This document shows, in pieces, positions 12,467 through 27,000 of a stretch of DNA of 64,000 bases. The notes beneath the pieces were generated by a model, which did not search any database, was not told the origin of the DNA, and saw only the letters and a program-made list of their open reading frames with translations. Source of the stretch: Eledone cirrhosa. Lineage: Eukaryota. Each line of letters begins with the position of its first letter. Position 1 is the stretch's first letter. The position numbers and the translations under genes were made by a program. Location of the stretch: assembly GCA_964016885.1 (NCBI GenBank), contig OZ024753.1, positions 24,614,001-24,678,000 of the forward strand, given 5' to 3'.

Positions 12467-15016
12467 GATAACATGGTACATATTACAGTAATACAATGGT
12501 TCTATTGATAACATAGTACTGTGTGTTCATTACAGTAATACACTGGTTCTATTGATAACATAGTACTGTTCATTATAGTAATACACTGGTTCTATTCATA
12601 ACATAGTACATATTACAGTAATACAATGGTTCTATTGATAACATAGTACTGTGTGTTCATTACAGTAATACACTGGTTCTATTGATAACATAGTACTGTT
12701 CATTATAGTAATACACTGGTTCTATTGATAACATAGTACTGTTCATTATAGTAATACACTGGTTCTATTGATAACATAGTACTGTTCATCAGTAATACAC
12801 TGGTTCTATTGATAACATATTACTGTTCCTTATAGTAATACACTGGTTCTATTGATAACATAGTACTGTTCATCAGTAATACACTGGTTCTATTGATAAC
12901 ATATTACTGTTCATTATAGTAATACACTGGTTCTATTGATATTTGCTGGCCTTGTGCCTAAAGTAGAAACAATTATAGTAATACACTGGTTCCATTGATA
13001 ACATAGTAGTGTTTATTACAGTAATACACTGGTTCTATTGATAACATAGTACTGTTCATTATAGTAATACAGTGGTTCTATTGATAACATAGTACTGTTC
13101 ATTATAGTAATACACTGGTTATATTGATAACATAGTACTGTTCATTATAGTAATACACTGGTTCTCTTGATAACATAGTACTGTTCATCAGTAATACACT
13201 GGTTCTCTTGATAACATAGTACTGTCCATTATAGTAATACACTGGTTCTATTGATAACATAGGACTGTTCATAAGTAATACACTGGTTCTATGGATAACA
13301 TAGTACTGTTCATTATAGTAATACACTGTTTCTATTGATAACATAGTACTGTTCATTATAGTCATACACTGGTTCTATTGATAACATAGTACTGTTCATC
13401 AGTAATACACTGGTTCTATTGATAACATAGTACTGTTCATTATAGTAATACAGTAAGGCGGTGGATTGGCAGTATCGATAGAGGGTCGGATGCCATGCTT
13501 TCCAGCATAGTTACGTCCCTTTACGAGCTGAGTTCAAATCCCGCCGAGGTTGACTGTGCCTTTCATCCTTACGGGGTCGATAAAATAAAGTACCAGTAAT
13601 GCACTGGGTAATTGCTGGCCTTGTGCCTAAAGTAGAAACAATTATAGTAATACAATAGTTCTATTGATAACATAGTACTGTTCATTATAGTAATACACTG
13701 GTTCTATTGATAACATAGTACTGTTCATTATAGTAATACACTGGTTCTATTGATAACATAGTACTGTTCATTATAGTAATACACTGGTTCTATTGATAAC
13801 ATAGTAATGTTCATTATAGTAATACACAGGTTCTATTGATAACATAGTACTGTTCATCAGTAATACACTGATTCTATTCATAACAGAGTACTTTTCATCA
13901 GTAATACATTGGTTCTATGCATAACATAGTACTGTTCATCGGTAATACACTGGTTCTATGGATAACATAGTACTGTTTGTTATAGTAATACACTGGTTCT
14001 ATTGATAACATAGTTCTCTTCATCATTAATACACTGGTTCTATTGATAACATAGTACTGTTCATAAGTAATACACTGGTTCTATTGATAACATAGTGCTG
14101 TTCATTATAGTAATACACTGGTTCTCTTGATAACATAGTACTGTTCATTATAGTAATACACTGTTCCTATTGATAAACATAGTACTGTTCATTATAGTAA
14201 TACACTGGTTCTATTGATAACATATTACTGTTCATTATAGCAATACACTGGTTCTATTGTTAACATAGTACTGTTCATTATCGTAATACACTGGTTCTAT
14301 CGATAACATAGTATTGTCCATTATAGTAATACAGTGGTTCTATTGATAACATAGTACTGTTCATTATAGTAATACACAGGTTCTATTGATACCATAGTAT
14401 TGTTCATTATAGTAATACACTGGGTCTATTGATAACATAGTACTGTTCATCAGTAATACACTGGTACTATTGATAACATATTACTGTTCATTATAGTAAT
14501 ACACAGGTTCTATTGATAACATAGAACTGTTCATTACAGTAATACACAGGTTCTATTGATAACATAGTACTGTTCATTACAGTAATACACTGGTTCTATT
14601 TATAACATAGTACTGTTCATTATAGTAATACACTGGCTCTATTGATAACATAGTACTGTTCATTATAGTAATACACTGGTTATATTGATAACATAGTACT
14701 GTTTATTATAGTAATACACTGGTTCTATTGATAACATAGTACTGTTCATTATAGTAATACAGTGGTTCTATTCATAACATAGTACTATTCATTACAGTAA
14801 TACACTGGTTCTATTCATAACATAGTACTGTTCATCAGTAATACACTGGTTCTATTGATAACATATTACTGTTCATTATAGCAATACAGTGGTTCTATTG
14901 ATAACATAGTACTGTTCATCAGTATATACACTGGTTCCATTGATAACATAGTACTGTTCATTATAGTAATACAGTGGTTCTATTGATAACATAGTACTGT
15001 TCATTATAGTAATACG
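12467..15016. repeat. 43-bp satellite array (~55 copies, with 41-bp variants)
   Basis: Consensus ACTGTTCATTATAGTAATACACTGGTTCTATTGATAACATAGT; period 43 checked at 13681/13724. Confidence 0.97.
13453..13640 (+). mobile_element. tRNA-derived SINE family B (Meta-domain-like core), inserted in the satellite
   Basis: B-box GAGTTCAAATCC; core GCCTTTCATCCTTACGGGGTCGATAAAATAAAGTACCAG; flanked by 14-bp direct repeat ATTATAGTAATACA (13439-13452, 13641-13654). Confidence 0.88.
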
Positions 15017-15025
15017 CTGTTTCAG

Positions 15026-18000
15026 AGACAGAAGTGGAAGACTGAAACAGAGGCTGAAGACTGGAACAGAAGGGGAAGATTGAAACAGAGGCTGAAGACT
15101 GAAACGGAAGGGGAAGACTTAAACAAAACGGGAAGACGGAAACAGAAGCGGAAGACTGAAACAGAAGCGGAAGACTGAAACAGGAGCGGAAGACTGAAAG
15201 AGAGGTGGAAGACAGAAACAGAAGAGGATGACTGAAACAGAAGGGGAAAACTGAAAGAGAAGGTGAAGACTGAAAGAGAAGCGGAAGACTGAAAGAGAAG
15301 GGGAAGACGTAAACAGAAGCGGAAGACTGAAACAGAAGCGGAAGACTGAAACAGAAGCGGAAGACTGAAAGAGAGGTGGAAGACAGAAACAGAAGGGGAA
15401 GACTGAAACAGAAGGGGAAACTGAAAGAGAAGGTGAAGACTGAAAGAGAAGGTGAAGACTGAAACAGAAGGGGAAGACTGAAACAGAAGCGGAAGACTGA
15501 AACAGAAGAGGGAGACTGAAACAGAAGGGGAAGACTGAAACAGAAGGGGAAGACTGAAACAGAAGCGGAAGACTGAAACAGAAGCGGAAGACTGAAACAG
15601 AAGGGGAAGTGGAAGACTGAAACAGAGAGGAAGACTGAAACAGAAGGGGAAGACTGAAACATAAGTGGAAGACTCAAGCAGAAGTGGAAGACTGAAGCAG
15701 AAGGGTAAGACAGAAACAGAAGTGGAAGACTGAAACAGACGATGAAGACAGAAACAGAAGGGGAAGACTGAAAGAGAAGAGGAAGACTAAAACAGAAGGG
15801 GAAGACTGAAACAGAACCTGCAGACTGACACAGGAGCGGAAGACGGAAACAGGAGCGGAAGACTTAAACAGAAGTGGAAGACTGAAACAGAAGAGGAAGA
15901 CTGAAGCAGAAGGGGAAATCTGAAACAGAAGGGGAAGTCTGTAACAGAAGAGGAAGACTGAAACAGAAGTGGAAGACTGAAAGTAGAAGACTGAAACAGA
16001 AGTGGAAGTCTGAAACAGAAGGCGAAGACTGAAGTAGAAGGGTAAGATTGAAGCAGAAGGGGAAGACTGAAACAGAAGTGGAAGACTGAAACAGAAGGGG
16101 AAGACTGAAACAGAAGAGGAAGCCTGAAACAGAAGGGGAAGACTGAAACAGAAGGGGGAGAAGGAAACAGAAGGGGAAGACTGAAACAGAAATGGAATAC
16201 TGAAACAGAAGGGGAAGACTGAAACACAAGCGGAAGACTGAAAGAGAAAGGGAAGTGAAAGACTGAAACAGAAGAGGAAGGCTGAAACAGAATGGGAAGA
16301 CTGAAACAGAAGAGGAAAACTGAAACAGAAGCGGCAGACTGAAACAGAAGGGGAAGACTGAAACAGAAGCGGAAGACTGAAACAGAAGGGGAAGTGGAAG
16401 ACTGAAACAGAAGAGGAAGGCTGAAACAGAAGGGGAAGACAAACAGAAAGGGAACACTGAAACAGAAGGGGAAGACTGAAGCAGATGGGGAAGTGGAAAA
16501 AGGAAACAGAAGTGGAAGACTGAAATAGAAGAGGAAGACTGAAACAGAAGTCGAAGACTGAAACAGAAGGGGAAGACTGAAACAGAACGGGAAGTGGAAG
16601 ACTGAAACAGAAGAGCAAGACTGAAACAGAAGGGGAAGGCTGAAACAGAAGGGGAAGAAGGAAACAGAAAGGGAAGACTGAAACAGAAGCGGAAGACTGA
16701 GACAGAAGGGGAAGTGGAAGACTGAAACAGAAGAGGAAGACTGAAATAGAAGGGGAAGACAAACAGAAGAGGAAGACTGAAACAGAAGCGGAAGACTGAA
16801 ACAGAAGGGGAAGTGGAAGACTGAAACAGAAGAGGAAGACTGGAATAGAAGGGGAAGGCAAACAGAAGAGGAAGACTGAAACAGAAGGGAAAGACTGAAG
16901 CAGAAGGGGAAGTGGAAGAAGGAAACAGAAGTGGAAGACTGAAATAGAAGAGGAAGACTGAAACAGAAGTGGAAGACTGAAACAGAAGATGAAGACAGAA
17001 ACAGAAGGGGAAGAGTGAAACAGAAGGGGAAGTGGAAGACTGAAACAGAAGGGGAAGACTGAAACAGAAGGGGAAGACTGAAACAGAAGAGGAAGACTGG
17101 AGCAGGAGCGGAAGACTGAAACAGAAGGGGAAGACTGGAGCAGAAGGGGAAGTCTCAAGCAGAACTGGAAGACTGAAGCAGAAGTGGAAGACTGAAACAG
17201 AAGTGGAAGACTGAAACAGAAGTGGAAGACTGAACGTGAAACAGAAGTGGAAAACTGAAACAGAAGATGAAGACAGAAACAGAAGGGGAAGAGTGAAACA
17301 GAGGGGGAAGTGGAAGATTGAAACAGAAGGGGAAGCCTGAAACAGAAGGGGAAGACTGAAACAGAAGGGGGAGAAGGAAACAGAAGGGGAAGACTGAAAC
17401 ACAAATGGAATACTGAAACAGAAGGGGAAGTGGAAGACTGAAACAGAAGAGCAAGACTGAAACAGAAGGGGAAGGCTGAAACAGAAGGGGAAGAAGGAAA
17501 CAGAAGGGGAAGACTGAAACAGAAGTGGAATACTGAAACAGAAGGGGAAGACGGAAGCAGAAGAGGAAGACAGAAACAGAAGGGGAAGACTGAAACAGAA
17601 GGGGAAGACTGATACAGGAGGGGAAGACTGAAACAGAAGGGGAAGAAGGAAACAGAAGTGGAAGACTGAAACAGAAGGGGAAGACTGAAACAGAAGGGGA
17701 AGAAGGAAACAGAAGTGGAAGACTGAAACAGAAGAGGAAGACTGAAACAGAAGGGGAAGACTGAAACAGAAGGGGAAGACTGAAACAGAAGGGGAAGACT
17801 GAAACAGAAGCGGAAGACTGAAACAGAAGGGGAAGTGGAAGACTGAAACAGAAGAGGAAGACTGAAACAGAAGGGGAAGACTGAAACAGAAGGGGAAGAC
17901 TGAAACAGAAGTGGAAGACTGAAACAGAAGGGGAAGACTGAAACAGAAGTGGAAGACTGAAGCAGAAGGGGAAGTGGAAAAAGGAAACAGAAGTGGAAGA

Positions 18001-21000
18001 CTGAAATAGAAGAGGAAGACTGAAACAGAAGTCGAAGACGGAAACAGAAGATGAAGACAGAAACAGAAGGGGAAGGCTGAAACAGAAGGGGAAGACTGAA
18101 ACAGAAGTGGAAGAAGGAAACAGAAGGGGAAGACTGAAACAGAAGGGGAAGAAGGAAACAGAAGGGGAAGACTGAAACAGAAGTGGAATACTGAAACAGA
18201 AGGGGAAGTGGAAGACAGAAGCAGAAGAGGAAGACAGAAACAGAAGTGGAAGACTGCAATAGAAGAGGAAGACTGAAACAGAAGTGGAAGACTGAAACAG
18301 AAGATGAAGACTGAAACAGAAGGAGAAGAGTGAAACAGTAGGGGAAGTGGAAGACTGAAACAGAAGGGGAAGACCTATACAGAAGGGGAAGACTGAAACA
18401 GAAGGGGAAGAAGGAAACAGAAGTGGAAGACTGAAACAGATGAGGAAGACTGAAACAGAAGCGGAAGACTGAAACAGAAGCGGAAGACTGAAACAGAAGG
18501 GGATGACTGAAACAGAAGGGGAAGACTGAAACAGAAGCGGAAGACTGAAACAGAAGGGGAAGTGGAAGACTGAAACAGAAGAGGAAGACTGAAACAGAAG
18601 GGGAAGTCTGAAACATAAGTGGAAGACTGAAGCAGAAGGGGAAGACTGAAGCAGAAGGGAAAGACAGAAACAGAAGTGGAAGACTGAAACAGACGATGAA
18701 GACAGAAACAGAAAGGGAAGACTGAGACAGAAGCGGAAGACTAAAACAGAAGGGGAAGACTGAAAGAGAAGGGGAAGACTGAAACAGAAGGGGAAGACAG
18801 AAACAGAAGGGGAAGACTGAAACAGAAGAGGAAGACTAAAACAGAACAGGAAGACTGAAACAGAACCTGCAGACTGACACAGGAGCGGAAGACTGAAACA
18901 GGAGCGGAAGACTAAAACAGGAGCGGAAGACTGAAACAGAAGTGGAAGACTGAAACAGAAGAGGAAGACTGAAGCAGAAGGGGAAGTCTGAAACAGAAGG
19001 GGAAGTCTGAAACAGAAGGGGAAGTCTGTAACAGAAGCAGAAGACTGAAACAGAAGTGGAAGACTGAAAGTAGAAGACTGAAACAGAAGTGGAAGTCTGA
19101 AACAGAAGGCGAAGACTGAAGTAGAAGGGGAAGACTGAAGCAGAAGGGGAAGACTGAAACAGAAGTGGAAGACTGAAACAGAAGGGGAAGTGGAAGACTG
19201 AAACAGAAGAGGAAGGCTGAAACAGAAGGGGAAGACAAACAGAAGGGGAACACTGAAACAGAAGGGGAAGACTGAAGCAGATGGGGAAGTGGAAAAAGGA
19301 AACAGAAGTGGAAGACTGAAATAGAAGAGGAAGACTGAAACAGAAGTCGAAGACTGAAACAGAAGATGAAGACAGAAACAGGAGGGGAAGACTGAAACAG
19401 AAGGGGAAGTGGAAGACTGAAACAGAAGAGCAAGACTGAAGCAGAAGAGGAAGGCTGAAACAGAAGGGGAAGAGGGAAACAGAAAGGGAAGACTGAAACA
19501 GAAGCGGAAGACTGAGACAGAAGGGGAAGTGGAAGACTGAAACAGAAGAGGAAGACTGAAATAGAAGGGGAAGACAAACAGAAGAGGAAGACTGAAACAG
19601 AAAAGGAAGACTGAAACAGAAGCGGAAGACTGAAACAGAAGGGGAAGTGGAAGACTGAAACAGAAGAGGAAGACTGGAATAGAAGGGGAAGGCAAACAGA
19701 AGAGGAAGACTGAAACAGAAGGGGAAGACTGAAGCAGAAGGGGAAGTGGAAGAAGGAAACAGAAGTGGAAGACTGAAATAGAAGAGGAAGACTGAAACAG
19801 AAGTGGAAGACTGAAACAGAAGATGAAGACAGAAACAGAAGGGGAAGAGTGAAACAGAAGGGGAAGTGGAAGACTGAAACAGAAGGGGTAGACTGAAACA
19901 GAAGGGGAAGACTGAAACAGAAGGGGAAGACTGAAACAGAAGGGGAAGACTGAAACAGAAGAGGAAGACTGGAGCAGGAGCGGAAGACTGAAACAGAAGG
20001 GGAAGACTGGAGCAGAAGGGGAAGTCTCAAGCAGAACTGGAAGACTGAAGCAGAAGTGGAAGACTGAAACAGAAGTGGAAGACTGAAAGTGGAAGACTGA
20101 AACAGAAAGGGAAGACTGAAACAGAAGAGGAAGACAGAAACAGAAGCGAAAGTGGAGGACTGAAACAGAAGGGGAAGACTGAAACAGAAGGGAAAGACTG
20201 AAACAGAAGGGGAAGACTGAAACAGAAGCGGAAGACTGAAACAGAAGGGAAAGACTGAAACAGAAGGGGAAGACTGAAACAGAAGCGGAAGACTGAAACA
20301 GAAGAGGGAGTGGAAGAAGGAAACAGAAGTGGAAGACTGAAATAGAAGAGGAAGACTGAAACAGAAGTGGAAGACTGAAACAGAAGATGAAGACAGAAAC
20401 AGAAGAAAACTGAAACAGAACCTGCAGACTGAAACAGGAGCGGAAGACTGAAACAGAAGAGGAAGACTGGAGCAGAAGGGGATGTCTGAAGCAGAAGTGG
20501 AAGACTGAAGCAGAAGTGGAAGACTGAAACAGAAGTGGAAGACTGAAAGTGGAAGACTGAAACAGAAGTGGAAGATTGAAACAGAAGGGGAAGACAGAAA
20601 CAGAAGGGGAAGACAGAAACAGAAGCGAAAGTGGAGGACTGAAACAGAAGTGGAAGATTGAAACAGAAGGGGAAGACTGAAACAGAAGGGGAAGATTGAA
20701 ACAGAAGGGGAAGTCTGAAACAGAAGGGGAAGACTGAAACAGAAGGGGAAGTCTGAAACAGAAGGGGAAGACTGAAACAGTAGGGGAAGACTGAAACAGA
20801 AGCGGAAGACTGAAACAGAAGGGGAAGTGGAAGAAGGAAACAGAAGTGGAAGACTGAAATGGAAGAGGAAGACTGAAGCAGAAGGGGAAGTGGAAGAAGG
20901 AAACAGAAGTGGAAGACTGAAATAGAAGAGGAAGACTGAAACAGAAGTGGAAGACTGAAACAGAAGATGAAGACAGAAACAGAAGGGGAAGAGTGAAACA

Positions 21001-24000
21001 GAGGGGGAAGTGGAAGATTGAAACAGAAGAGGAAGCCTGAAACAGAAGGGGAAGACTGAAACAGAAGGGGGAGAAGGAAACAGAAGGGGAAGACTGAAAC
21101 AGAAATGGAATACTGAAACAGAAGGGGAAGTGGAAGACTGAAACAGAAGAGCAAGACTGAAACAGAAGGGGAAGGCTGAAACAGAAGGGGAAGAAGGAAA
21201 CAGAAGGGGAAGTGGAAGACGGAAGCAGAAGAGGAAGACAGAAACAGAAGGGGAAGACTGAAACAGAAGGGGAAGACTGATACAGAAGGGGAAGACTGAA
21301 ACAGAAGGGGAAGAAGGAAACAGAAGTGGAAGACTGAAACAGAAGAGGAAGACTGAAACAGAAGGGGAAGACTGAAACAGAAGCGGAAGACTGAAACAGA
21401 AGGGGAAGACTGAAACAGAAGGGGAAGACTGAAACAGAAGCGGAAGACTGAAACAGAAGGGGTAGTGGAAGACTGAAACAGAAGAGGAAGACTGAAACAG
21501 AAGGGGAAGACTGAAACAGAAGGGGAAGACTGAAACAGAAGTGGAAGACTGAAACAGAAGGGGAAGACTGAAACAGAAGTGGAAGACTGAAACAGAAGGG
21601 GAAGTGGAAGACGGAAGCAGAAGGGGAAGACAGAAACAGAAGGGGAAGACTGAAAGAGAAGAGGAAGACTGAAACAGAAGGGGAAGACTGAAACAGAAGG
21701 GGAAGACTGAAACAGAAGGGGAAGACTGAAACAGAAGCGGAAGACTGAAACAGAAGGGGAAGTGGAAGACTGAAACAGAAGTGGGAGACTGAAATATAAG
21801 AGGAAGACTGAAACAGAAGTGGAAGACTGAAACAGATGGGGAAGACAGAAACAGAAGGAGAAGACTGAAACAGAAGGGGAAGACTGAAACAGAAGGGGAA
21901 GACTGAAACAGAAGCGGAAGACTGAAACAGAAGGGGAAGTGGAAGACTGAAACAGAAGTGGAATACTGAAACAGAAGGGGAAGTGGAAGACGGAAGCAGA
22001 AGTGGAAGACAGAAACAGAAGTGGAAGACTGAAACAGAAGAGGAAGACTGAAAGAGAAGGGGAAGACTGAAACAGAAGGGGAAGACTGAAACAGAAGGGG
22101 AAGACTGAAACAGAAGCGGAAGACTGAAACAGAAGGGGAAGTGGAAGACTGAAACAGAAGTGGAAGACTGAAATATAAGAGGAAGACTGAAACAGAAGTG
22201 GAAGACTGAAATAGAAGGGGAAGACAGAAACAGAAGGAGAAGACTGAAACAGAAGGGGAAGTGGAAGACTGAAACAGAAGGGGAAGAATGATAAAGAAGG
22301 GGAAGACTGAAACAGAAGGGGAAGAAGGAAACAGAAGTGGAAGACTGAAACAGAAGAGGAAGACTGAAACAGAAGCGGAAGACTGAAACAGAAGGGGAAG
22401 TGGAAGACTGAAACAGAAGAGGAAGACTGAAACAGAAGGGGAAGACTGAAGCAGAAGGGAAAGACAGAAACAGAAGTGGAAGACTGAAACAGACGATGAA
22501 GACAGAAACAGAAGGGGAAGACTGAAAGAGAAGGGGAAGACTGAGACAGAAGAGGAAGACTAAAACAGAAGGGGAAGACTGAAAGAGAAGGGGAAGACTG
22601 AAAGAGAAGGGGAAGACAGAAACAGAACGGGAAGACTGAAACAGAAGAGGGAGACTAAAACAGAACAGGAAGACTGAAACAGAACCTGCAGACTGACACA
22701 GGAGCGGAAGACTGAAACAGGAGCGGAAGACTAAAACAGGAGCGGAAGACTGAAACAGAAGTGGAAGACTGAAACAGAAGAGGAAGACTGAAGCAGAAGG
22801 GGAAGTCTGAAACAGAAGGGGAAGTCTGTATTAGAAGTGGAAGACTGAAACAGAAGTGGAAGACTGAAAGTAGAAGACTGAAAGTAGAAGACTGAAACAG
22901 AAGAGGAAGTCTGAAACAGAAGGCGAAGACAGAAGTAGAAGGGGAAGACTGAAGCAGAAGGGGAAGACTGAAACAGAAGGGGAAGACTGAAACAGAAGTG
23001 GAAGACTAAAACAGAAGAGGAAGACTGAAACAGAACCTGAAGACTGAAACAGGAGCGGAAGACTGGAGCAGCAGCGGAAGACTGAAACAGAAGAGGAACA
23101 CTGGAGCAGAAGGGGAAGTCTGAAGCAGAACTGGAAGACTGAAGCAGAAGTGGAAGACTGAAACAGAAGTGGAAGACTGAAAGTGGAAGACTGAAACAGA
23201 AGTGGAAGACTGAAACAGAAGTGGTAGACTGAAACAGAAAGGGAAGACTGAAACAGAAGGGGAAGACAGAAACAGAAGGAGAAGACTGAAACAGAAGGGG
23301 AAGTGGAAGACTGAAACAGAAGAGGAAGGCTGAAACAGAAGGGAAAGAAGGAAACAGAAGTGGAATACTGAAACAGAAGGGGAAGTGGAAGACGGAAGCA
23401 GAAGAGGAAGGCAGAAACAGAAGGGGAAGACTGAAACAGAAGAGGAAGACTGAAACAGAAGGGGAAGAAGGAAACAGAAGTGGAAGACTGAAACAGAAGA
23501 GGAAGACTGAAACAGAAGGGGAAGACTGAAACAGAAGCGGAAGACTGAAACAGAAGGGGAAGACTGAAACAGAAGGGGAAGACTGAAACAGAAGCGGAAG
23601 ACTGAAACAGAAGGGGAAGTGGAAGACTGAAACAGAAGAGGAAGACTGAAACAGAAGGGGAAGACTGAAACAGAAGGGGAAGACTGAAACAGAAGTGGAA
23701 GACTGAAACAGAAGGGGAAGACTGAAACAGAAGTGGAAGACTGAAACAGAAGGGGAAGTGGAAGACGGAAGCAGAAGGGGAAGACAGAAACAGAAGGGGA
23801 AGACTGAAAGAGAAGAGGAAGACTGAAACAGAAGGGGAAGACTGAAACAGAAGGGGAAGACTGAAACAGAAGGGGAAGACTGAAACAGAAGCGGAAGACT
23901 GAAACAGAAGGGGAAGTGGAAGACTGAAACAGAAGTGGGAGACTGAAATATAAGAGGAAGACTGAAACAGAAGTGGAAGACTGAAACAGATGGGGAAGAC

Positions 24001-27000
24001 AGAAACAGAAGGAGAAGACTGAAACAGAAGGGGAAGACTGAAACAGAAGGGGAAGACTGAAACAGAAGCGGAAGACTGAAACAGAAGGGGAAGTGGAAGA
24101 CTGAAACAGAAGTGGAATACTGAAACAGAAGGGGAAGTGGAAGACGGAAGCAGAAGTGGAAGACAGAAACAGAAGTGGAAGACTGAAACAGAAGAGGAAG
24201 ACTGAAAGAGAAGGGGAAGACTGAAACAGAAGGGGAAGACTGAAACAGAAGGGGAAGACTGAAACAGAAGCGGAAGACTGAAACAGAAGGGGAAGTGGAA
24301 GACTGAAACAGAAGTGGAAGACTGAAATATAAGAGGAAGACTGAAACAGAAGTGGAAGACTGAAATAGAAGGGGAAGACAGAAACAGAAGGAGAAGACTG
24401 AAACAGAAGGGGAAGTGGAAGACTGAAACAGAAGGGGAAGAATGATAAAGAAGGGGAAGACTGAAACAGAAGGGGAAGAAGGAAACAGAAGTGTAAGACT
24501 GAAACAGAAGAGGAAGACTGAAACAGAAGCGGAAGACTGAAACAGAAGGGGAAGTGGAAGACTGAAACAGAAGAGGAAGACTGAAACAGAAGGGGAAGAC
24601 TGAAGCAGAAGGGAAAGACAGAAACAGAAGTGGAAGACTGAAACAGACGATGAAGACAGAAACAGAAGGGGAAGACTGAAAGAGAAGGGGAAGACTGAGA
24701 CAGAAGAGGAAGACTAAAACAGAAGGGGAAGACTGAAAGAGAAGGGGAAGACTGAAAGAGAAGGGGAAGACAGAAACAGAACGGGAAGACTGAAACAGAA
24801 GAGGGAGACTAAAACAGAACAGGAAGACTGAAACAGAACCTGCAGACTGACACAGGAGCGGAAGACTGAAACAGGAGCGGAAGACTAAAACAGGAGCGGA
24901 AGACTGAAACAGAAGTGGAAGACTGAAACAGAAGAGGAAGACTGAAGCAGAAGGGGAAGTCTGAAACAGAAGGGGAAGTCTGTATTAGAAGTGGAAGACT
25001 GAAACAGAAGTGGAAGACTGAAAGTAGAAGACTGAAAGTAGAAGACTGAAACAGAAGAGGAAGTCTGAAACAGAAGGCGAAGACAGAAGTAGAAGGGGAA
25101 GACTGAAGCAGAAGGGGAAGACTGAAACAGAAGGGGAAGACTGAAACAGAAGAGGAAGACTAAAACAGAAGAGGAAGACTGAAACAGAACCTGAAGACTG
25201 AAACAGGAGCGGAAGACTGGAGCAGCAGCGGAAGACTGAAACAGAAGAGGAACACTGGAGCAGAAGGGGAAGTCTGAAGCAGAACTGGAAGACTGAAGCA
25301 GAAGTGGAAGACTGAAACAGAAGTGGAAGACTGAAAGTGGAAGACTGAAACAGAAGTGGAAGACTGAAACAGAAGTGGTAGACTGAAACAGAAAGGGAAG
25401 ACTGAAACAGAAGGGGAAGACAGAAACAGAAGGAGAAGACTGAAACAGAAGGGGAAGTGGAAGACTGAAACAGAAGAGGAAGGCTGAAACAGAAGGGAAA
25501 GAAGGAAACAGAAGTGGAATACTGAAACAGAAGGGGAAGTGGAAGACGGAAGCAGAAGAGGAAGGCAGAAACAGAAGGGGAAGACTGAAACAGAAGAGGA
25601 AGACTGAAACAGAAGGGGAAGACTGAAACAGAAGGGGAAGACTGAAACAGAAGGGGAAGACTGAAACAGAAGCGGAAGACTGAAACAGAAGGGGAAGTGG
25701 AAGACTGAAACAGAAGTGGAAGACTGAAATATAAGAGGAAGACTGAAACAGAAGAGGAAGACTGAAACAGAAGGGGAAGACTGAAACAGAAGGGGAAGGC
25801 TGAAACAGAAGGGGAAGACTGAAACAGAAGCGCAACACTGAAACAGAAGGGGAAGTGGAAGATTGAAATAGAAGAGGAAGACTGAAACAGAAGGGGAAGA
25901 CTGAAACAGAAGGGGAAGTGGAAGAAAGAAACAGAAGTGGAAGACTGCAATAGAAGAGGAAGACTGAAACAGAAGTGGAAGACTGAAACAGAAGAGGGAG
26001 ACTAAAACAGAACAGGAAGACTGAAACAGAACCTGCAGACTGACACAGGAGTGGAAGACTGAAACAGGAGCGGAAGACTAAAACAGGAGCGGAAGACTGA
26101 AACAGAAGTGGAAGACTGAAACAGAAGAGGAAGACTGAAGCAGAAGGGGAAGTCTGAAACAGAAGGGGAAGTCTGTAATAGAAGTGGAAGACTGAAACAG
26201 AAGTGGAAGACTGAAAGTAGAAGACTGAAACAGAAGAGGAAGTCTGAAACAGAAGGCGAAGACAGAAGTAGAAGGGGAAGACTGAAGCAGAAGGGGAGAC
26301 TGAAACAGATGGGGAAGACTGAAACAGAAGAGGAAGACTAAAACAGAAGAGGAAGACTGAAACAGAACCTGAAGACTGAAACAGGAGCGGAAGACTGGAG
26401 CGGCAGCGGAAGACTGAAACAGAAGAGGAACACTAGAGCAGAAGGGGAAGTCTGAAGCAGAACTGGAAGACTGAAACAGAAGTGGAAGACTGAAAGTGGA
26501 AGACTGAAACAGAAGTGGAAGACTGAAACAGAAGTGGTAGACTGAAACAGAAAGGGAAGACTGAAACAGAAGGGGAAGACAGAAACAGAAGGAGAAGACT
26601 GAAACAGAAGGGGAAGTGGAAGACTGAAACAGAAGAGGAAGGCTGAAACAGAAGGGGAAGAAGGAAACAGAAGTGGAATACTGAAACAGAAGGGGAAGTG
26701 GAAGACGGAAGCAGAAGAGGAAGACAGAAACAGAAGGGGAAGACTGAAACAGAAGAGGAAGACTGAAACAGAAGGGGAAGACTGAAACAGAAGGGGAAGA
26801 CTGAAACAGAAGGGGAAGACTGAAACAGAAGCAGAAGACTGAAACAGAAGGGGAAGTGGAAGACTGAAACAGAAGTGGAAGACTGAAATATAAGAGGAAG
26901 ACTGAAACAGAAGAGGAAGACTGAAACAGAAGGGGAAGACTGAAACAGAAGGGGAAGGCTGAAACAGAAGGGGAAGTCTGAAACAGAAGTGCAACACTGA

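Noticed and set aside
12780-14930. CTGATGA on the minus strand of 41-bp satellite variants
   Set aside because: No stem II/GAAA geometry; arises from a small indel variant
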